Shown: positions 16,939 through 26,087 of the stretch, piece after piece
How positions within the stretch are numbered: position 1 is the first letter of the stretch
How the letters are laid out: each line of letters starts with the position of its first letter
From: Oligoflexales bacterium
Lineage (GTDB): Bacteria > Bdellovibrionota_B > Oligoflexia > Oligoflexales > Bog-1112
Assembly: GCA_045106415.1 (NCBI GenBank)
Contig: JBGCEP010000026.1
Coordinates: 11,152 to 75,151 of the forward strand
DNA: 64,000 nt
Direction of reading: 5' to 3'
Position numbers and translations under genes: made by a program
Notes under the pieces: generated by a model
Told to the model about the DNA's origin: nothing
The model's input: the letters and a program-made list of their open reading frames with translations, nothing else
Databases searched by the model: none

Positions 16939-19900
16939 TTAAGGTGTAGGAGCAGTACAACGAAAACCTCTATCTGAACCAGTATTTGAAGATGATGAAT
17001 AAATATTTGCAGTGAAGATTCCGGCTCTTGAGTCATAGCCGTAATATCCTCCTCGCTTCATTGCGCCTCCAAACCCATTTGATCCTGGGTAATAATCTCC
17101 AACACCTTGTGACGTACCCCAGCTGTCATTCCAAAAACTTTTTTGAGAATTTCGAGGCACCAAGTCAGTGACGAGCCAATTTATACCATCGCTTAATGAA
17201 TCAGAGTATAGTCTGATTGCATTTCCTGCATTTGCTTTTCCATTGCTTTCAAATGTGCTTGTCCACGCCCAAATATTTCCTGACATATCCCACACAACTT
17301 CTCCCGTCGAAAGTTTGTGAGTTCTTCTTTGTAAGTCCCATGTAGATGCGTCACAAGTTTCTTCTGTCCCAAAACAAGGATCATTATCGTTAGTGCTCCC
17401 TGCTAAACTGTTAGCCGGTGAATTATCACTATGTCCACGATTTAGCATTCCACTTCCTACAGACCCTCCACTCCAATTTTCGGCAACATTTGCCATATTT
17501 GAAGTCACAGTCATCCATTCATCATTTGTAATGAGACGATAATTAGTACCTATAGAGGCACATTCTGTTATAGAGTCGGCTTGAGAAATATTTACCCAAG
17601 GGCTACCAGCCGCGTTGGATTCAGGCGACCCAGAAACATTCTTTGCTTCAAATTTCATGATGCAAAAATTTGATGTGCCATAATCAGCATCTCCTGGTAT
17701 ACCTACCCAGGTTCCTCCGCTGAGAGTTGAACAGTCAATAAACCCTATAAAACCATCGCCATTTTCGATAGAGCTTGTATTTCCAGCGTTGTCTAGAGCT
17801 CGTATATTGGCATAATATGTTGTCCCTACTACCAGTGTGAGGCTTGTGATAGATGTTGTGAGGACATTACTGATATTAGTCCAATTTTTTATATCTGTTG
17901 CCCCAGATGAAGTTCCTATAGATACTTCGTATGACGCAAGTCCGGATCCATCGTCTGTGCTTGCTGCCCATGTCATATCTGCTGATTTAGTAAGGCCTTT
18001 AGAATTCACGCCATCAACAAAAGAACTCGGAGTTGTAGGAGGAATATTGTCGTGAATAATAGTGTCATTTATACAGTTTGTTGTATTGCCAGTGGAGTCT
18101 TTAAATTTAGCGTAAACTGATGCTGTTGAATTTGTTTGACTAAGCGACCAGCTAGCTTTAGCTGTTGCGTAGGACTCCCATGAACCACCTGAGGAACATC
18201 CCGAAGTATTTGTTATATACATATCACTTGCTGATCCTGCGTTGAGTGATAGAGTAATTGCAGAGCTTGTTGTGTAGCTTGAACCACTTGATATTGTAAT
18301 TGATGGACTTGTTGGGGCTATATTATCATGGGTGATGGTATCATTTATACAAGAAGAAATGTTTCCAGTTTCATCTTTAAATTTCACATAAACAGTTGCT
18401 GTTGCATTTGTTTGCCCTAAAGTCCAACTTGCTTTTGAAGTTGCGTAATTTTCCCATACACCATCCACGCTACAACCAGAAGTGTTCGTGATATACATCT
18501 CACTTGCACCTGTTGCAGCAAGAGTTAAATCCGGAGTTGAATCTGATGTATGAGTCCCACCGTCAATGACAAGGCTTGTCGAAGTTGGCACGTTATCATC
18601 ATGAATAATCGTATCGTTTACGCAAGCTGACGTATTGCCTGCTTCATCTTTAAATTTCACATAAACAGTTGCCGTACTATCTGACTGCCCTAGGCTCCAA
18701 CTTGTTTTTGAAGTTGCATAACTTTCCCATGCCCCATCCGCATTACAACCAGAAGTATTCGTAATGTACATCTCACTTGCACCTGTTGCAGCAAGAGTTA
18801 AATCCGGAGTTGAATCTGATGTATGAGTCCCACCGTCAATGACAAGGCTTGTCGAAGTTGGCGCGTTATCATCATGAATAATCGTGTCATTAACACAATT
18901 TCCTTCAGTGCCGGCTGCATTACGAAATTTCACATATACCGTTGCTGTTGCATTTGTTTGTCCTAAAATCCAACCTGCTTTCGTGGTTGAATAATTTGAC
19001 CAAACCCCATCCGCGCTACAACCTGAAGTATTTGTAATATACATTTCAGCTGCACCTGTTGCTGTGAGGGTCAGGTCTGCTGTTGTGTTGGGTGTATGAG
19101 TATGACCAATAATAGCAATAGATTCACTTGATGGAGCTGTAGAATCATGAATAATTGTGTCGCTCACACAAGAACTTTCATTACCTGCGTTATCTTTATA
19201 TTTCACATATACTGTTGCTGTTGCATCAGTTTGCCCTAAAGACCAATTGCCCTTTGATGTACCATAGTTTTCCCAAGTCCCACCTGTTGAACACCCTGGA
19301 GTATTCGTTATATACATCTCGTCTGCGCCTACAGAAAAGAGAGTTAATTCTGGAGTTGTGTCTGCTGTATGAGTCCCACCATCAATTGTGATTGTCTCAC
19401 TTGAGGGTGCAATATCATCATGAACAATCGTATCGTTCACACAAGATGACATATTGCCTGCCTCATCTTTAAATTTCGCATAAATAGTCACTGTTGCATT
19501 TGTTTGCCCTGAAGACCATGCGGTTTTGGATGTTGCATAATTTTCCCAGGATCCACCTGTGATGCATCCAGGAGTATTGGTGATGTACATCTCACTAGCA
19601 TCAGTTGCAATGAGAGTGAAATCTGTTGTTGGATTATTTGTATGATCTCCACCTGTAATTAAAATTGAACCTACAGGTGCTGTTGAATCATGAATAATTG
19701 TATCGTTCACACAAGAACTTTCATTACCAGAATCGTCTTTGTATTTCACGTAAACAGTTGCTGTTGCATTTGTTTGCTCTAAAGACCATTCGGTTTTGGA
19801 TGTTGCGTAATTTTCCCAGGATCCACCTGTGATGCATCCAGGAGTATTGGTGATGTACATATGGGTGGCACCAAATGCGGATAAAACGAGGTTGGGTGCT

Positions 19901-21111
19901 GAGTTTGATGTGTGATCCCCATTATGAATAACTACAGAATGAAGATTAGGTGCTTCTGTATCTACAGTAAGGTCTATCAGACTTCTGCACTCACCTAATG
20001 ATTCATATTTAGATGTAACTTGAGCATAAAAGGTGTGTGATCCATTCGATATATTTTGTAATTCAATTTTCACATTCCCATCTTGTTTTGTTAGCTGTGT
20101 TGAAAGAGGTGTTCCTGAGCAATTTTTATTTGAGTAAATAGATAAATCAGCGTCTTTATGTAAGGGACCGGCATCAATTTTTGGAGCTGAAGATACAGTA
20201 GTGTTGATCGTATCTAATTGCACATTTTTAAGTCTAGGTGGTCCTGGTATAAATTTCCCAAAAATATTTGAAGAAGTAAAACATAGTTTGTTATCTAATA
20301 AAGTTGCATTTAAATGAGATACATTTTTATCTGTGGAAACTTGAGTAACGGTATGGATATCATTTTCTGTATGGAAGCAAATATGAGCTGTGATAGGTGA
20401 GGGTAAGTTTGACAATAAATCAATATCTTCAAGCCAATTAACTTCAATAGCACCAATAATAGATAGACTATCTGAAAACTTGACATGATCAGAGATTATT
20501 TTATTTATCGCTGGGTCGTTCATGGTTTGAATGTCTAGTGTTCCCAATGGTGTTTTTTTATTGAGAGTTGATAAATCTATCTGTATTGATTTATCAGAAT
20601 TTTCGCTGTTCAATTTTTTAGATTCAAGCACGGTATCAACAATTTTAAATTGGCCTGAAACAATTCGAGTTAATGTGCAAACTTCAGAGTTTTTTACAAT
20701 ACCTTTTTCTTGTGTCACGATTTGATTGAATGTGGATGTGATTTGAATATCTTTGAGGTTAGGATCACTCACTGTATTAATGCAAATTTCAATATCTTTT
20801 TCTGCTACAGGTGTTTTGTCTCTATCCTCTGTAGCAATAAATAAAGTATTTATATTTAGTCCTTCTCCAGATTCTAGAGTCGTCACTTCTGTGACGACTG
20901 TTTTTTTATAAGATCCTTCGGAGACTATTATAGATCCACTACTTAGTTTAATAATTGAAGGTTCTTCAGGTACAACAACAGCTCGAGTTGTATTTGAAAT
21001 TGAAGAACTTATATCAACATTAGATAAAGCGCTACGATCGGAGAGCTTCTCTGACCCTTCGCAAGAAATAATGAAGAAATATAGGATGTGCAGCATGAAT
21101 AAATGATTCAT
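16939..21111 (-). CDS. 1390-aa surface lipoprotein: unique N-region, 7 tandem ~91-aa repeats, FN3-like domain, C-terminal FGE-sulfatase (SUMF1/C-type-lectin-fold) domain
   Basis: Lipobox 'FFIISC'. The repeat unit is 'MYITNTxGCxxGGxWExYATSKxxWxLGQTNATATVYVKFKDxxGNxSxCVNDTIIHD'. The FN3-like part reads 'SYEVSIGTSSG...TYYANIRALDNAGN'. The FGE-like part shows 'YRLITNDEW', 'VWDMSGNIWAWT', 'KRGGYYG' and 'DRGFRC'. Confidence 0.85.
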   Translation of the reverse strand: MNHLFMLHILYFFIISCEGSEKLSDRSALSNVDISSSISNTTRAVVVPEEPSIIKLSSGSIIVSEGSYKKTVVTEVTTLESGEGLNINTLFIATEDRDKTPVAEKDIEICINTVSDPNLKDIQITSTFNQIVTQEKGIVKNSEVCTLTRIVSGQFKIVDTVLESKKLNSENSDKSIQIDLSTLNKKTPLGTLDIQTMNDPAINKIISDHVKFSDSLSIIGAIEVNWLEDIDLLSNLPSPITAHICFHTENDIHTVTQVSTDKNVSHLNATLLDNKLCFTSSNIFGKFIPGPPRLKNVQLDTINTTVSSAPKIDAGPLHKDADLSIYSNKNCSGTPLSTQLTKQDGNVKIELQNISNGSHTFYAQVTSKYESLGECRSLIDLTVDTEAPNLHSVVIHNGDHTSNSAPNLVLSAFGATHMYITNTPGCITGGSWENYATSKTEWSLEQTNATATVYVKYKDDSGNESSCVNDTIIHDSTAPVGSILITGGDHTNNPTTDFTLIATDASEMYITNTPGCITGGSWENYATSKTAWSSGQTNATVTIYAKFKDEAGNMSSCVNDTIVHDDIAPSSETITIDGGTHTADTTPELTLFSVGADEMYITNTPGCSTGGTWENYGTSKGNWSLGQTDATATVYVKYKDNAGNESSCVSDTIIHDSTAPSSESIAIIGHTHTPNTTADLTLTATGAAEMYITNTSGCSADGVWSNYSTTKAGWILGQTNATATVYVKFRNAAGTEGNCVNDTIIHDDNAPTSTSLVIDGGTHTSDSTPDLTLAATGASEMYITNTSGCNADGAWESYATSKTSWSLGQSDSTATVYVKFKDEAGNTSACVNDTIIHDDNVPTSTSLVIDGGTHTSDSTPDLTLAATGASEMYITNTSGCSVDGVWENYATSKASWTLGQTNATATVYVKFKDETGNISSCINDTITHDNIAPTSPSITISSGSSYTTSSAITLSLNAGSASDMYITNTSGCSSGGSWESYATAKASWSLSQTNSTASVYAKFKDSTGNTTNCINDTIIHDNIPPTTPSSFVDGVNSKGLTKSADMTWAASTDDGSGLASYEVSIGTSSGATDIKNWTNISNVLTTSITSLTLVVGTTYYANIRALDNAGNTSSIENGDGFIGFIDCSTLSGGTWVGIPGDADYGTSNFCIMKFEAKNVSGSPESNAAGSPWVNISQADSITECASIGTNYRLITNDEWMTVTSNMANVAENWSGGSVGSGMLNRGHSDNSPANSLAGSTNDNDPCFGTEETCDASTWDLQRRTHKLSTGEVVWDMSGNIWAWTSTFESNGKANAGNAIRLYSDSLSDGINWLVTDLVPRNSQKSFWNDSWGTSQGVGDYYPGSNGFGGAMKRGGYYGYDSRAGIFTANIYSSSSNTGSDRGFRCTAPTP
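18050..19965. repeat. 7 in-frame tandem coding repeats, period 270-273 bp, inside the giant lipoprotein gene
   Basis: Seven 'MYITNT' units can be read in the protein. A 95-bp stretch is identical at 18496-18590 and 18769-18863. A ~70-bp stretch is shared at 19521-19590 and 19791-19860 with 1 mismatch. Confidence 0.9.
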
Positions 21112-21570
21112 TATTTAAACCTCCTTAACAATGACCACATATCGACAGTTCTGCACAATAAATTAAAATAAAAATGAAACAATTTATTTTTGTGTTAATT
21201 TTAGTAAATACCTCAATTTTTTAAGTTACTTAATGGTTTGTTCAGTTCTTGTTTTTGACGATTTGAGAAATATCTTCTCTTTATTATTGTCTGATCTGGG
21301 TCCATTTTGACCTCTCCTAGTTATTGGAGGTGTCTAGGCCAAATGGGGGTCACGTTCAGGTTTTGTATTGGTGATTTGATGTGAGAATATACAGTATTTA
21401 AAAATGATAAAAACATCAGATTTATATCTAGAGATTCGCGTTAAGTACTTGTTTTAAAAAAACAAACGATTTATTAGCGATGTCACAATTATAAAAAAGC
21501 TCATTTCTCAAGAGTAATGACCGTACAGTTATATGTCGTTCGTATAAAAATAAAGAGAATGAGGTGTTTT

Positions 21571-22026
21571 ATGATTAACGATAACCAAAAATTTATTTGT
21601 GATAGCATTATTGAGAAAGAATCTGATGAATCTTCTCGTTTTCTTAAAATGATTTTATTGGATGATGACCCAATTTTCTGCCACATTTTAGAAAGACATA
21701 CTAGAAAAAGAGGTATTTGGTTGGATGTTTGTTTAAATGTAGAAGAATTTGCAGAGAAAATTTCATCCGATGATTATGATTTGGCTATACTTGATTATGA
21801 TTTAGAAAATTATAATGGGTTACAAATAGCAAACGCATTAGGTCAGCTCCGTTCTATGATTATTAGCCGCAAAAGTCAGTGGCAAAAAAATGATTATGAA
21901 TGGTCTGCAAGTATTCAAACTTTTGTACATAAAAAATATGGTGCAGACTATATTTTAGATGTGGCGATAAATCTTGGGACAAAAAATATAGGGGAGGCAT
22001 CCGATGGGCCACATACTGATTGCTGA
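21571..22026 (+). CDS. stand-alone response-regulator receiver protein
   Basis: ATG at 21571 lies 5 nt after GAGGTG (track ORF starts at 21517). 'MILLDDDPIF', 'LAILDYDL' and 'FVHKKYG' are receiver-like positions. Confidence 0.65.
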   Translation: MINDNQKFICDSIIEKESDESSRFLKMILLDDDPIFCHILERHTRKRGIWLDVCLNVEEFAEKISSDDYDLAILDYDLENYNGLQIANALGQLRSMIISRKSQWQKNDYEWSASIQTFVHKKYGADYILDVAINLGTKNIGEASDGPHTDC

Positions 22027-22711
22027 TGATGTCAAAGAAATGCGAGATCTATTAGTTCAAATTGTTGAAGCGTTGGGTTATGAGGCGCTTACAGCAGAGA
22101 GTGGGCAGTCTGTTTTAATGCAATTGGAAGCTGAAGAGACTGATGTTGATCTAGTCCTTTTAGATATTGGGATGCCGGGTTTAAATGGTATTCAAGTTAC
22201 AAAAAAAATTAAAGAAAACTACCCTGATATTAAAATATGTTTTGTTTCAGGTAGTAAAGATAAGACAATGGTTGCAAGTGCTATCCAAGCAGGAGGCCAT
22301 GATTATGTTGTTAAACCTGTCGACATTGTCATTCTTCGCCAGAAGATAGAAAAATTACTAGGCCGTAGCCAGGAAGATCAATTTTTAAGTGTTGAAGCGT
22401 ATTTAAAAGCTGCTTTACCAAAATTTCCAATGGATATACCTCTTGTTGTTATCGAAATATCAGAAGTGGGCTTTAAGCTTCAAAGCCCACTTCCATTTCA
22501 GAAAGAAGGTCGTTTAGAAATAGCGATTCCTAAAATACAAAACAAGTTAGCAGAAGAACAACTTTTACCGTGTCAGGTGGATGAAGTTCATCAAGAAAAA
22601 GAAAGTGGGCTTTATATTCATGTTTGTTCTTTCTATGGAATACACGAAGCTGTGCGAACAGTGATTCGGTCTATGACGTTGCAAGGTAAAAAAATATTAG
22701 ATGATGATTGA
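22004..22711 (+). CDS. response-regulator receiver with C-terminal PilZ-like beta-barrel domain (degenerate motifs)
   Basis: GGGGAGG precedes the ATG. 'ILIADDVKEMRDL', 'LVLLDIGMPGLNG', 'FVSGS' and 'VVKPV' define the receiver. The C-terminal 'VIEISEVGFKL' resembles the PilZ DxSxxG motif, but no RxxxR is seen. Confidence 0.65.
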   Translation: MGHILIADDVKEMRDLLVQIVEALGYEALTAESGQSVLMQLEAEETDVDLVLLDIGMPGLNGIQVTKKIKENYPDIKICFVSGSKDKTMVASAIQAGGHDYVVKPVDIVILRQKIEKLLGRSQEDQFLSVEAYLKAALPKFPMDIPLVVIEISEVGFKLQSPLPFQKEGRLEIAIPKIQNKLAEEQLLPCQVDEVHQEKESGLYIHVCSFYGIHEAVRTVIRSMTLQGKKILDDD

Positions 22712-22760
22712 AATTCATCATTTTTTACTTCATGTAAAAAATTTTTATATAAATAAAAAA

Positions 22761-22788
22761 GCAAGACTGTTTTTACAGCCTTGCTTTT
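22761..22788 (+). terminator. rho-independent terminator after the REC/REC-PilZ pair
   Basis: GCAAGACTGT / ACAGCCTTGC form a stem with 1 mismatch and a TTTT loop, followed by TTTT. It lies 50 nt after the stop at 22711. Confidence 0.6.
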
Positions 22789-23237
22789 AAAATTTAGGTC
22801 TGATGGCCATAGAGTGATCTTTATAGAGATTTCTAACTAGTTTGATAATCTTAGGTAATTTGATTGTGTTTATCACTGTTTATAGATTTTTTAATACTAG
22901 ATCGAATTTTTATTTTTCCCTGACGATTAAAGGATCAGGTGAATCAATTCTACAGAATTTATGACATTTTTCTCTTAAATCTGTATGAATGATTTTAAGG
23001 GCATTAAAATTTTTACCATCAAGAGTATGTGACCTAAGAGTCTGTCTAGAGAATAGTTCTGTGTATGATAGTTCGAGCTCTATGAACATTATTTCTTCTG
23101 AGAATAAAGATGTGGTTGAAATTACGTGGGTTTTGGATGCTGTGGAAGAAGAGTAATTTTCAAAATTATATTTTTGTAATATTTAACATATGTTTTAAAC
23201 TGTGCTCGTCATATGAAAATGATAAATTGTTAGCATG

Positions 23238-24464
23238 TGAGCACCCTTAATTTTTCGGACTCCTTTTCAACATAGTTTCCGGCGCGGGAAATAGCCCTAA
23301 GAGGTGAGTCATAATGTAATCAGACCAACGGAAAAAGAGCATAATATTTCTCTAAAAATTTAAGAAAGATGCGATCCATCTTGTCATTGAGACGGAGGCA
23401 GGCAATCAAAAAAATAGATGAAAATATTTGCGTTGGAAATAAGTTTTTTAGGACATAGTGGGTAAAAGCTGAAAGCAAGCGCAAACAAACATAGCTACGT
23501 ACAATGTAGCCATGTTTCTCAAAGAGCTTGAAGCAGAGGTCTAGCTGCTTAAATTAGATCGAGAAATCTTAAAAAAATATGGCGTACATCATTCTCGTCT
23601 AAGAATGACGTGTATTTTCATATTTGATTACTGTCAAAATGGATAAATACAGTTGTATGTAAAACTCTAAAGGCTTCAAAAAGAGTTTGTTATCATTGAT
23701 AAATTTTGGTTTTAATCAAGGTGAACTGAACCGAACTAAAATAGAATGATTGATAAGGTTTTTGAAAATTTTCGTTTTTATAAATAAATACGAGCTATGA
23801 GCATATGCATCATGAAAGAAAAAAATGAAAGGGTTATGAGAGAAAATAATCTTCGGACAAAGAAAAGGCGACGATTTGTCAAAACAACTGACCCCCCTCA
23901 TAAAATACCTCTATGATCCAATCTTGTGCAAAAAAATCGACCAAGGAGCTCCAAAAAATTTTCTTGTCTGGGATCACAGATATTCCAACGAAGTCTGACT
24001 GGATATACTTAGCTTTTATTATGGATGCTCATGCTAGAAAAATCGCTGGCTGGGACCTCAAAAAGCATATGAAGAAAAGTCTAATGATAGGAGCCTTTAG
24101 GCTAGTTCTGTGTGGTTTTTAACATAAACCACATGAGGTTGCTCGTCATTCTGGCTGTTGTTATCAATACGCATAAGCTCTGTTTATCGTAGAATTTAAA
24201 AAAACATGAGCTGAAATAGAGTATGAATGGAGAAGGTGATTGTTGAAGTAACGTCTCAGTGGAAAGTTATTAAAATAGCGCATGTCTCATAGAAAATTTG
24301 AGAATCTAGCCAGAACACAATTATCAATATTTGAATGGATTGAAATTTTCTATAGAAGACAGCGTCTTCACTTATTTTTAGGGTATAAAATTCAGCTTTA
24401 TTGAACTTAATATAGATGGAAAAAATTGCTTAAATGGAGTGTCAGAAAAAAGAGTGAAAAATCA
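23238..24464 (+). mobile_element. decayed IS3-family insertion sequence (orfA/orfB riddled with stops and frameshifts)
   Basis: Recognisable fragments are 'RVMRENNLRTKKRRRFVKTTD', 'ITDIPTKSDWIYLAFIMDAHARKIAGWDL' (DDE core) and 'FYRRQRLHLFLGYK' (the conserved YNxxRxHSxLGY tail). They occur in the correct order but in three frames with many stops. Possible imperfect terminal IRs are TGAGCACCC..TTTTTCGGACTCC on the left and GGAGTGTCAGAAAAA..TCA on the right. Confidence 0.6.
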
Positions 24465-24551
24465 CTACCTTCGTTGAAGCAAAAATTTTATTGTAAATCT
24501 ACGCAGGTAGAATTAAGTAAATTCACCGCAGCGGTGGCGTCTAAGGTCATA

Positions 24552-24589
24552 CAAAAAACCCCTTGTAACTCATAGTTTTACAAGGGGTT
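24552..24589 (-). terminator. rho-independent terminator of the 28095->24614 operon
   Basis: A 10-bp perfect stem CCCCTTGTAA/TTACAAGGGG (24559-24568 and 24578-24587) is followed on the minus strand by TTTTTTG. It lies 25 nt after the stop. Confidence 0.7.
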
Positions 24590-24613
24590 CCTCCTTAGGT
24601 GGATGTAGAGCTT

Positions 24614-26062
24614 TTATCCAGCAGCGGGAGCAGCTTCTTCTACACCCTCATCAACAAAGACATACTCAGAGTCGTTTGCGTTAAATTCAGCATTTGATAT
24701 TGGGGAATCAGGGTAAAATTTAGCGATATCGATTTTCCCTTCATGAAACTTTTGAAAGTTTGCAACAAGAACTGATGCGCAAGCTTCAGGGCTTGTGCTT
24801 ACTTTGTTTGCTGCGTTATCGACAGAGCCACCTCCATCAGACTTAAAAGCTCCAATTTGGTTTCTTGCAAATTTAGGGCGGCCTGCTGGATCTGCGCAAA
24901 ACGCCATAGCAGCACTACGTTGACCTGAGTCAGCTCGGAAAGCTAGTTTATTTACTGTACCGTCAGACTCTGCGTTATTTCCTGCTGCAACACCACCGTC
25001 AGTTGTGATTGTCACCATAATTTTTCTGTTTTCGAGAAGAGCCAATCTTAATGCCCGACCGACTGCTTCACCAACTTCGACGTTTTTTGCGTGGGTTGAT
25101 GTCACGCCTCGATTGTGATAATCACCACCGCCAATTTCAAACGCTGCAGCTCCAGCCGTTCCTGAAACAACAGACCAAGCAAGAGCAGCATCTTGACTCG
25201 TAGCGTCGGTAAACGCTGTTGCAACATTAGCGCTTGGTTGAACGCTAGAAGCATCTGCAGAAAAGAGTGCTTGTGAATCAACGTGACCACACCGAATTAA
25301 TTCTTCAAGTTGTTTATCAGGTGCTAGCATTAAAAACTTTTTCAGCTGTGTTTCACTGAGATTTTGAATCGCCTTTAAAAGTTTATCGCGCCCAGCAGCT
25401 CCAAATCGAGTTGTTAAAGGTCCTGGTGTAACAAGTCCTGTTAAGTCATTAGCGGAGCTGACAATAACTGGAGCAGCGCCAAGTTGAAAAGGAGAATTAT
25501 GGCGTCCACCTGAAGCTTTATTTCTTGCACCAGTAAGAGATGTGTATCGACCTTGAGAAACCATTGCCATACCTGGAGCAACACCTAATAAGTTATTGCC
25601 GCTGTCATCGTCGGATACAGTGCAAACAATAGCTGAGTTGACCTTAGCCATGAGCAGAGGGTCGTTACCCATCCCTGCTTTTAAACCTTGTAAAAGAGGG
25701 CTGTTGACGTGCATCTCTAGACCAAAAGTACTGTCAATAAACGCCGCGTTTGAAGGGTGCAGTTCATCTGGAAGACCTAATGCAGAATAACTTGTGAGGA
25801 GCTCTCCTGCAGTTGTGCGAACAACGACATCATTACCTGCTAGGTTAATTCCACCAGAGGCATCAATAGCGTATGCTGCTGCACCAGCAAGGTTTGCTCC
25901 TCCTTCAGATGCACAAGCTCCGTAGAGTTGTTCTGTTCTTAAAAGAGCATATAAACTTGGTAAAGCTGCAGCTCCAACACCTGTTATAAAACCGTGTGAT
26001 AAAAAATCTCGTCTTGTTTTGAGAATGTGACCATTATATTTTACTTTTTTAAATCGAGACAT
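24614..26062 (-). CDS. Tat-signal exported protein of unknown function (DUF1552-like by recollection)
   Basis: ATG at 26062 lies 5 nt after AAGGAGAG (track start 26098). The near-consensus twin-arginine motif 'TRRDFLSHGFITGVGAAALPSL' is present. 482 aa. Confidence 0.75.
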   Translation of the reverse strand: MSRFKKVKYNGHILKTRRDFLSHGFITGVGAAALPSLYALLRTEQLYGACASEGGANLAGAAAYAIDASGGINLAGNDVVVRTTAGELLTSYSALGLPDELHPSNAAFIDSTFGLEMHVNSPLLQGLKAGMGNDPLLMAKVNSAIVCTVSDDDSGNNLLGVAPGMAMVSQGRYTSLTGARNKASGGRHNSPFQLGAAPVIVSSANDLTGLVTPGPLTTRFGAAGRDKLLKAIQNLSETQLKKFLMLAPDKQLEELIRCGHVDSQALFSADASSVQPSANVATAFTDATSQDAALAWSVVSGTAGAAAFEIGGGDYHNRGVTSTHAKNVEVGEAVGRALRLALLENRKIMVTITTDGGVAAGNNAESDGTVNKLAFRADSGQRSAAMAFCADPAGRPKFARNQIGAFKSDGGGSVDNAANKVSTSPEACASVLVANFQKFHEGKIDIAKFYPDSPISNAEFNANDSEYVFVDEGVEEAAPAAG

Positions 26063-26087
26063 AAACTCTCCTTTCTGCTGTTGGTTC

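Noticed and set aside
16939-17760. Diversity-generating retroelement target. The giant protein ends in an FGE-sulfatase/C-type-lectin-fold domain, the fold typically diversified by DGRs.
   Set aside because: There is no reverse transcriptase gene anywhere in the window. I found no template-repeat copy of the 3' end of the gene in the 456-bp downstream spacer (16483-16938) or nearby.
18050-19965. Regularly spaced DNA repeats that could be mistaken for a CRISPR-like array.
   Set aside because: The period is 270-273 bp, the repeats are fully in-frame within one long ORF, and they encode a conserved protein module. There are no short repeat/spacer structures or cas genes.
23716-24122. Track ORFs 23716-23901 (-) and 23913-24122 (+) as intact small genes.
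   Set aside because: Both lie inside the decayed IS3 relic. The plus-strand ORF is just the longest surviving piece of the transposase core, and the minus-strand ORF is antisense noise.
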